A DNA stretch of 64,000 nucleotides. It comes from Octopus vulgaris. Taxonomy: Eukaryota. How positions within the stretch are numbered: the first letter of the stretch is position 1; the number at the start of each line of letters is the position of its first letter. The DNA lies in assembly GCA_951406725.2 (NCBI GenBank), contig OX597818.1, positions 122,140,001-122,204,000 of the forward strand, given 5' to 3'. Below the pieces are notes generated by a model, which saw only the letters and a program-made list of their open reading frames with translations, did not search any database and was not told where the DNA came from. The translations under genes and the position numbers were made by a program. Positions 58,008 to 64,000 of the stretch are shown here, in pieces.

Positions 58008-58320
58008 AAAAAATTATATTACCACAACAATTGTTTCATCTTCAAGATGACCTAGTAAGCAAGATTGATAGGGATTCTTCAGAACACAGCCCACAGGTCA
58101 TAGAATACGTACTGTAGGGCCTTGCATATTTTATAATTGACCATGCAATCTCATATTTAATCTTATCGGATTTCAGTTGCCATAGAAAACCCGCCTTATT
58201 ATCCTATCTGAGGAGTCTCCTATCCACTGTGTGTTGCATCTGGTGATATTGCATCGTTCGACACCCACAAGGGAGATGAAACAATTGTTGTGGTAATATA
58301 AATATTTTTGTTTGTACATT
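58008..58320. mobile_element. Inverted pair of hammerhead-bearing element ends
   Basis: Perfect 27-bp IR 58015-58041/58274-58300. Each arm has CTGA(A/G)GA...GAT-GAAA-CAATTG-TT-GTGG. Confidence 0.75.
58204..58293 (+). ncRNA. Type I hammerhead ribozyme with intact core
   Basis: ctat-CTGAGGA-gtctcc...ggagat-GAAA-CAATTG-TT-gtgg. 6-bp stem II base, palindromic stem III, weak 4-bp stem I (2 G-U). Confidence 0.7.
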
Positions 58321-58358
58321 CTGTCTTCTTTTTATATATCGTTAATATATATATATCG

Positions 58359-58395
<37 letters not shown>

Positions 58396-59004
58396 TTAAT
58401 ATATATATATAACTACATGTCTATATTTATTCATAAATATTTCAAACAGTTCCAATATATTTTGGACATACCTGACCTGCACAGAAGACGCATTCATTGC
58501 CAGTGTGTTTATCATGCTTTCTATACAAATAAGTGTCTGTATCTATGTGATCAAATGTCTGTGCTGCACATGATTACGTTCGCTCCATCAAGGAGGTGCA
58601 CTGCACAGTCTGCTTTCTCTGAAGCGTGGTAGTGATCGCAGAGCAACGCGAGAAAGAGCGGTTTGCTAAAAAGTAGAACGCGCCACTCGATTCGGGAATC
58701 AAGATCACAATCTTGTGGTCGTTGGTCCCTTATCCACTGAACCACGCACATCATACATACACAGGGATACACAGACAGATTGATAGAGTGGCCGGTATAT
58801 TTGTATATATAAATATATATACGAGGGAGTGGACAAACGAAAGGGACGTGTACACTACGCATATAGTAAAAATTACATGTATTATTTAAAACTGTTTGCT
58901 TCGCCACTAATCGGAGTCGACTCTATAAGCCTGAAAAAGTCTGGCTCTGGTTCGGGGACAGCAAAACTGTTTTAAATAATATATAAATACATTTGTATTC
59001 ATTT

Positions 59005-59393
59005 ATTCTTTTACTCGTTTCGTTTATTTGACTGTGGCTATGCTGGAGCACCGCCTTAAGTCGAACAAATCGACCTCAGGGCTTATTCTTTATAAGCCTG
59101 GCACTTATTCTATCGGTCACTTTTTGCCGAACCGCTAGGTTACGGGGAAGTAAATACGCCAAAATCGGTTGTCAAGCGATGGTGGGGGACAAGACAGATA
59201 CAAATAACAAATACACATATAGAAATATATAAACGACCAGCTTCTTTCAGTTTCCGTCTACCAAATTCACTCACAAGGCTTTGGTCTGTGCGAGGCTACT
59301 GTAGAAGAAACTTACCCAAGTTTTCACGCAAGGAGACGGAACTCGAAAACATGTGGTTGGGAAGCAAGCTTACCACACAGCCAGTCCTGCGCC
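59005..59393 (-). mobile_element. SINE family A copy
   Basis: Co-linear with 33115-33480. Confidence 0.88.
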
Positions 59394-59445
59394 TATACAT
59401 ATATGTGCGTATGTGTGTGTCTGTGTGTGTGTATATGTATGTATG

Positions 59446-59496
<51 letters not shown>

Positions 59497-60439
59497 ATTT
59501 ATGTATGTATGAACGTATTCGTTTTTGTATGTGCGCACGTGAGTGTATGCGTGTGTGTGTGTGACTCCCTTAGGCGTATGCATATGTGTATTAAGCCGTT
59601 ATATAAATTCCAAAGGTTAAAGTATAAAGTAATATTTGGAATGTGTTCATTAATCACGATATATATTTGCAAAGCAGAAGCAATAAACACCATGCACACC
59701 AAATCCTAATTTCAAAAACGGCAAAATTTTCATTTCACCTAATTATATTATAGTAAGACAAAGTATCCAATCATTGATCTTACGACTTATTGGGTTATGG
59801 GACTTGAAACATTTTTTTCTCGTGACAGAAATAATGTAGGCGCAGTTAATTTGCAAAAGATAACAATATCCAGTCCCTCATTACCATTTTGTTATAAATA
59901 TATAATGAAATTTTTTCTACTTTTGCTTTCATATTTTTCTTTTATATTATTTCATATTTTTGTTTTATATTATTTTATTCTTATTAGTTTATTCGTTTAT
60001 TCTATGCCATTGGGCTTACAACCAATTTCGCAAGTAATTTTTTAAAGTTTAAGCTTAATTATGTATAATGATTACAACTTCCCACGGTATAATTATTGAT
60101 TACTTGTCTCTGTTGGTTCAGCGCAGGATTCTCTGAAAAAAAAAAAGCAAAAAAAAAACCCCAAAAAACAAGTAAAACGCAATATATGTTAAATCTCACT
60201 GCATTAATGTCTTTTCCCCTTTCGTTTTTCTCTTTTCTACATTTAACATTCAGGATAAATTTTTAAATATATTATTTGCATCGTTGGTAGTATGCAGCAT
60301 GTCGGCAGCTGCGTTACAGATTTTGAAAACAAAAACGCCTTCAACATCTTTTTCCAAGCAGTTCTAGCCTGCAATAAGTACAAGTCCATCTTTGTCTTTT
60401 ATCCTTTGAGAGTATTCTTTTATTCCTCTATACCTTTCA

Positions 60440-60700
60440 GCTAATCACCTTTCCAATCACTAATCGTATGTGATTGGCTTTTGGTGAAACGGGGAGTGCG
60501 ACACTGCTGCCCTCCATTGAGTTTCCTGTTGTGATATAGCTTCATCTGAAACCTTTGGTACCAGGAGGCCGAGTTGTGTCTTGCAAAACTCTACCTCTAC
60601 GCCATGAAGATTCCTCTGATATTTTGGCAAGTCTTTAAATAGCTGTGGGCCCTTGAATTCCAAACTATTGCAGTACACGGCCCTCAATTTAGACGAGGTG
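60440..60700 (-). mobile_element. CR1/L2-group LINE 3' coding fragment
   Basis: YCNSLEFKGPQLFKDLPKYQRNL...FCKTQL..LVPKVSDE resembles the post-RT motif (GPxLFNxLPxxLR...FKxxLDxxLxxVPDEP). Clade assignment is tentative. Confidence 0.7.
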
Positions 60701-60701
60701 C

Positions 60702-60992
60702 AGTTCTATATTTAAGAGATGAGGAATTATGTACATTATTTACATTATTTACATTTGACGGATATTTGTCCTCATCTTGTTTTTTGTTAGCACATCGTTT
60801 CGGCTAATATACCCTCCAACCTTCATTAGGTCTCTTGGGGAATTTTCGAACCTGGGTTCTCATTCCTAAGGTATTTTTCGATGTTATTATTATTATTAAT
60901 ATTATTATTGTTATTCAGGTCACTGCTTGGAATCGTACTCGAAATCTTGGGGTCAGTAGCCTGCGCTCTTAACTACTACGCCATATGCCCGT
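60702..60992 (-). mobile_element. tRNA-headed SINE-like element with (TAA) linker and a decayed hammerhead in its 3' tail
   Basis: A box TGGCGTAGTAG and B box GAGTACGATTCC. Then gac-CTAATGA-a-GGTTG-gagggtatat-TAGCC-GAAAC-GAT-gtg at 60790-60833. Confidence 0.7.
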
Positions 60993-61868
60993 GATAGCTG
61001 GGGCATTTGGAATAGTATGGTGACGTCCAATTCGGGGGCCGGTATAGCTCCCGATACCAAAGTTTGATACTAGCCATTCCAGGATATCGATACATAAATT
61101 ACGCATATAGGACGATACACCTAGGGAAGAATTTAGAGTACTGGGCCGGATGCTTGGTGTTATTTGTATCGATTCTTTGAGACCCGAGTTCAAATTTTGC
61201 CGTAGATTAAAAAATGGATCCATACGATGTGTACCGCAAGTATATTTTAATACTGATATTACTCGTCAATTGAACGGTAAGTTTGGTAGCATGCTTTTGC
61301 TGCTATGGCTAATATCAGGAAATCTGGCATTATTACAATAAATATTAATGATTTTTTATCGAATTTCTTGGTAGTGATACAAAATGATGAAATGAATACT
61401 AATTTTCTAAAGAAGGCTATTTATTATATTAAAATTTAAACAAAAATCTCTCACATCTCCTCTTCCTCCTCTACTTATAATTGTTTCGCATGCTCTCACC
61501 GTTTATAAATTTGTGTAGAGTATTCTTTTACTGATTGCCTGCCACCAAGCCTTGTCGGGTTCATTCATTCTGCACCTCTCCGCCTCTATCTTTTTCTTTC
61601 TCTCTCTCCCTTTCTCTTGGTCCCTCTTCATACCTCCCTCTCGCTCTCTATCTCCCCCCCCTATCTCTCTACGTATATATATACATATATATACTTACAC
61701 ACTCACATACATACGCACACGCACCTTGGTTTTGGGATCACCAATACTTTATTATCTCCCCTTCTTCTTAGCTCTCATGTCTAACTACCTCTGTCCAGCA
61801 TGCCGCCATGATTGACTGCTAGCTCCGAAAGATTTTTTATTCTCTCTTCGTTTATTTCATCGTGTCCC

Positions 61869-61902
61869 TTTCTGTTGAAGAGCAAAGGCTCGAAACGTAA
61901 AA
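61869..61902 (+). ncRNA. Minimal type I hammerhead-like motif with CUGUNGA core (family F, element about 61815-61990)
   Basis: ttt-CTGTTGA-a-GAGC-aaag-GCTC-GAAAC-GTA-aaa. Palindromic ACGT stem III as in dimeric minimal hammerheads. Confidence 0.6.
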
Positions 61903-62138
61903 TATTTCTCACCTTCTCGAGTGTTAAACTAATGCACCTGCTTGTTTATATACTTGTCTTCGTCTTTTGTTTTTCTGTAAATTTCAACTATATAGATATA
62001 TATAAGTTCAGTAAAAATTTAGATTCAGTTGAATATGGTACTTAAGTTAAAGGCACCAGAATTTGGTATGGTGTTATCCATATAAATCAAAATGGGGTGA
62101 TTATAATCAAGATAAGCAACAAGAATATCCAAGGTGAG

Positions 62139-62226
62139 TGCAGTACAATCGTTTCATGCGACTTCATTTAATTAAACAATGCAAGTATTACATCAGTTTT
62201 AAAATATAGAGCAATCTTCAGCTGCA
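62139..62226 (-). ncRNA. Type I hammerhead ribozyme (left arm)
   Basis: tgcag-CTGAAGA-ttgc...gcat-GAAA-cgattg-TA-ctgca on the minus strand. Confidence 0.78.
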
Positions 62227-62363
62227 TATGGAATTTTTTAGTTAAATTGAAAAGATTCATATTCATAATTATTCCATTTATCAACATTTACCCTCTTTGT
62301 GATGTTGATAAATGGAATAAGTATAAATATGAATCTTTTCAATTTAACTAAAAAAATTCCATA

Positions 62364-62451
62364 TGCAGCTGAAGATTGCTCTATATTTTAAAACTGATGT
62401 AATACTTGTATTGTTTAATTAAATGAAGTCGCATGAAACGATTGTACTGCA
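62364..62451 (+). ncRNA. Type I hammerhead ribozyme (right arm)
   Basis: tgcag-CTGAAGA-ttgc...gcat-GAAA-cgattg-TA-ctgca. Stem I perfect 5 bp, U-U at the first stem II pair, predicted cut after 62446. Confidence 0.78.
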
Positions 62452-62483
62452 CTACCTTTGAATATCCTTGTTGCTTATTTTGA

Positions 62484-62543
<60 letters not shown>

Positions 62544-62739
62544 CTTCTGAGCGATTGCAGTCCCAATAAGCATATATGTATACAATAAATTTTCCTACAC
62601 CATTAGATCATTTTAGCCCTTATTTCTAGCAATGTAGGTGTTCTGATGCTCTTAGTCTCATTCAGTGACATTTCTATTTTTCCTTCATGGTAACGCATTG
62701 CGCATAGATGTTTATATTATATATATTTATATATATATG

Positions 62740-63908
62740 CAGGGGTTGGACAAAATAATGGAAACACTTAGCATCATAGCATCATAATTTTGAAATATCT
62801 ATAAAGATTGTTTATTTTTATGTTTTCTTATTAATTATTTAAAATTCATTTAAATGACGGATCTATCGAACTTTCAAAGAAGTCAAATTGTTGGTGCTCG
62901 ATGGCAGGCGCTAGCGTAACAAAAAACAGCAGAAATGTTTGGTAATTCAAAGTACTGTCTCCAAAGTAATGACAGCCTTTAAGAAAGAGGGGAAACCTCC
63001 TCGTCGAAACAAAACTCCGGAAGAAAACCAAAACTTTCGGGTAGGGACCGTCGGACTCTTACGCGAATTGTTAGAAAGGATCACAAATGTACAGCTTCCC
63101 AAAATTACTGCAGAGCTTAATGACCATCTCGAGAACCTAGTTTCCACAAAAACTGTTTGCCGGGAGCTGCAGAGATTTCACGGGAGAGCTGGATTTCACG
63201 GGAGAGCTGCAATCAGGAAGCCACTACTTTAAAAAAAAAAACGTTGCAAAACGTTTAGAGTGGAGTAAAAACCTACAGAATTGGTCCCTAGAGCAGTGAA
63301 AGAAAGCTGTTTTCTCGGACGACTCATCCATTACCTTATTTCCGACCACCGGTCGAGCATACGTGTGGAGACAGCTAAAAGAAGCATTTGACCCACACTG
63401 CCTTCTTCAAACTGTTAAACATGGAGGAGGATCTGTGATGATCTGGTTGAGGTTGCTATTTCCTGGAAATCCGCCGGCCCAATGGTTTCCCTTCATGGCA
63501 GAATTAATAGTCAAGACTATTTAAGCATCTTATTTGATCAAATTCATCCTATGTTTGCGGAACTGTTTCCTGGGGTAAACGCAATCTTTCAGGATAATAT
63601 TGCACCAATTGGACCAGCTAAAGTTGTTATTGAATGGCATGAGGAATATTCTAGTGGAGTTGAACATCTTATCTGGCCACCACAGTTCCCAGATCTCAAT
63701 ATTATTGAACATTTATGGTGCATTTTAGAAAAACAAGTAAGGAGTCGATATCCTCCACCATCATCACTACAGGAATTGGAGACCGTTTTAGCTGAAGAAT
63801 GGACAAAAATTTCTTTGGAAACAATTCAAACTTTGTACGAGTCCACACCTCGTAGAATTCAAGTTGTAATTTGAACTTTAAGGTTTCCATTATCTTGTCC
63901 AACCCCTG
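62740..63908 (+). mobile_element. Tc1-superfamily DNA transposon with both TIRs and a frameshifted transposase (DD36E spacing)
   Basis: TIRs CAGGGGTTGGACAAAATAATGGAAAC / GTTTCCATTATCTTGTCCAACCCCTG-TA. Transposase from ATG 62854 (MTDLSNFQRSQIVGAR), with VFSDDSS, TVKHGGGSVMIW, FQDNIAP and WPPQFPDLNIIEHLW. Confidence 0.95.
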
Positions 63909-64000
63909 TATACATATATATATATGTGTGTGTGTGTGTGTGCATTGAGCCCGCCGGTATTTCGCGTGTCTGCATTTAGCGGTATTTCGTCTGCCATTAC

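Larger units (their letters stand above)
62005..62483. mobile_element. Family E element as a head-to-head inverted duplication in (TA)n
   Basis: Near-identical IR arms 62107-62287 and 62302-62483 (about 180 bp) with a 14-bp spacer. (TA)n on both sides. Confidence 0.9.

Overview
AT-rich, microsatellite-saturated animal DNA with no host protein-coding exon I can support. Almost all ORFs in the supplied track are translations of simple repeats. The SINE families resemble those I associate with octopus, so a coleoid cephalopod origin is inferred, not proven. Recognisable content: three abundant SINE families, decayed RTE, CR1/L2-group and R4/Dong-like LINE 3' ends, an internally deleted mariner inside a local tandem duplication, and a full-length decayed Tc1-like element with DD36E spacing. 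The main unexpected signal is about 13 type-I hammerhead-ribozyme motifs between 30 and 62.5 kb. They belong to several unrelated short non-coding elements that mostly end at (TA)n/(CA)n microsatellites and often occur as inverted pairs, which suggests Penelope-like or retrozyme-like elements. They include long-stem-II forms, a CUGUNGA core variant and a tRNA-headed SINE with a hammerhead tail. A second signal is that (TAA)n tracts hold co-oriented stacks of Dong-like fragments and a non-coding passenger element.
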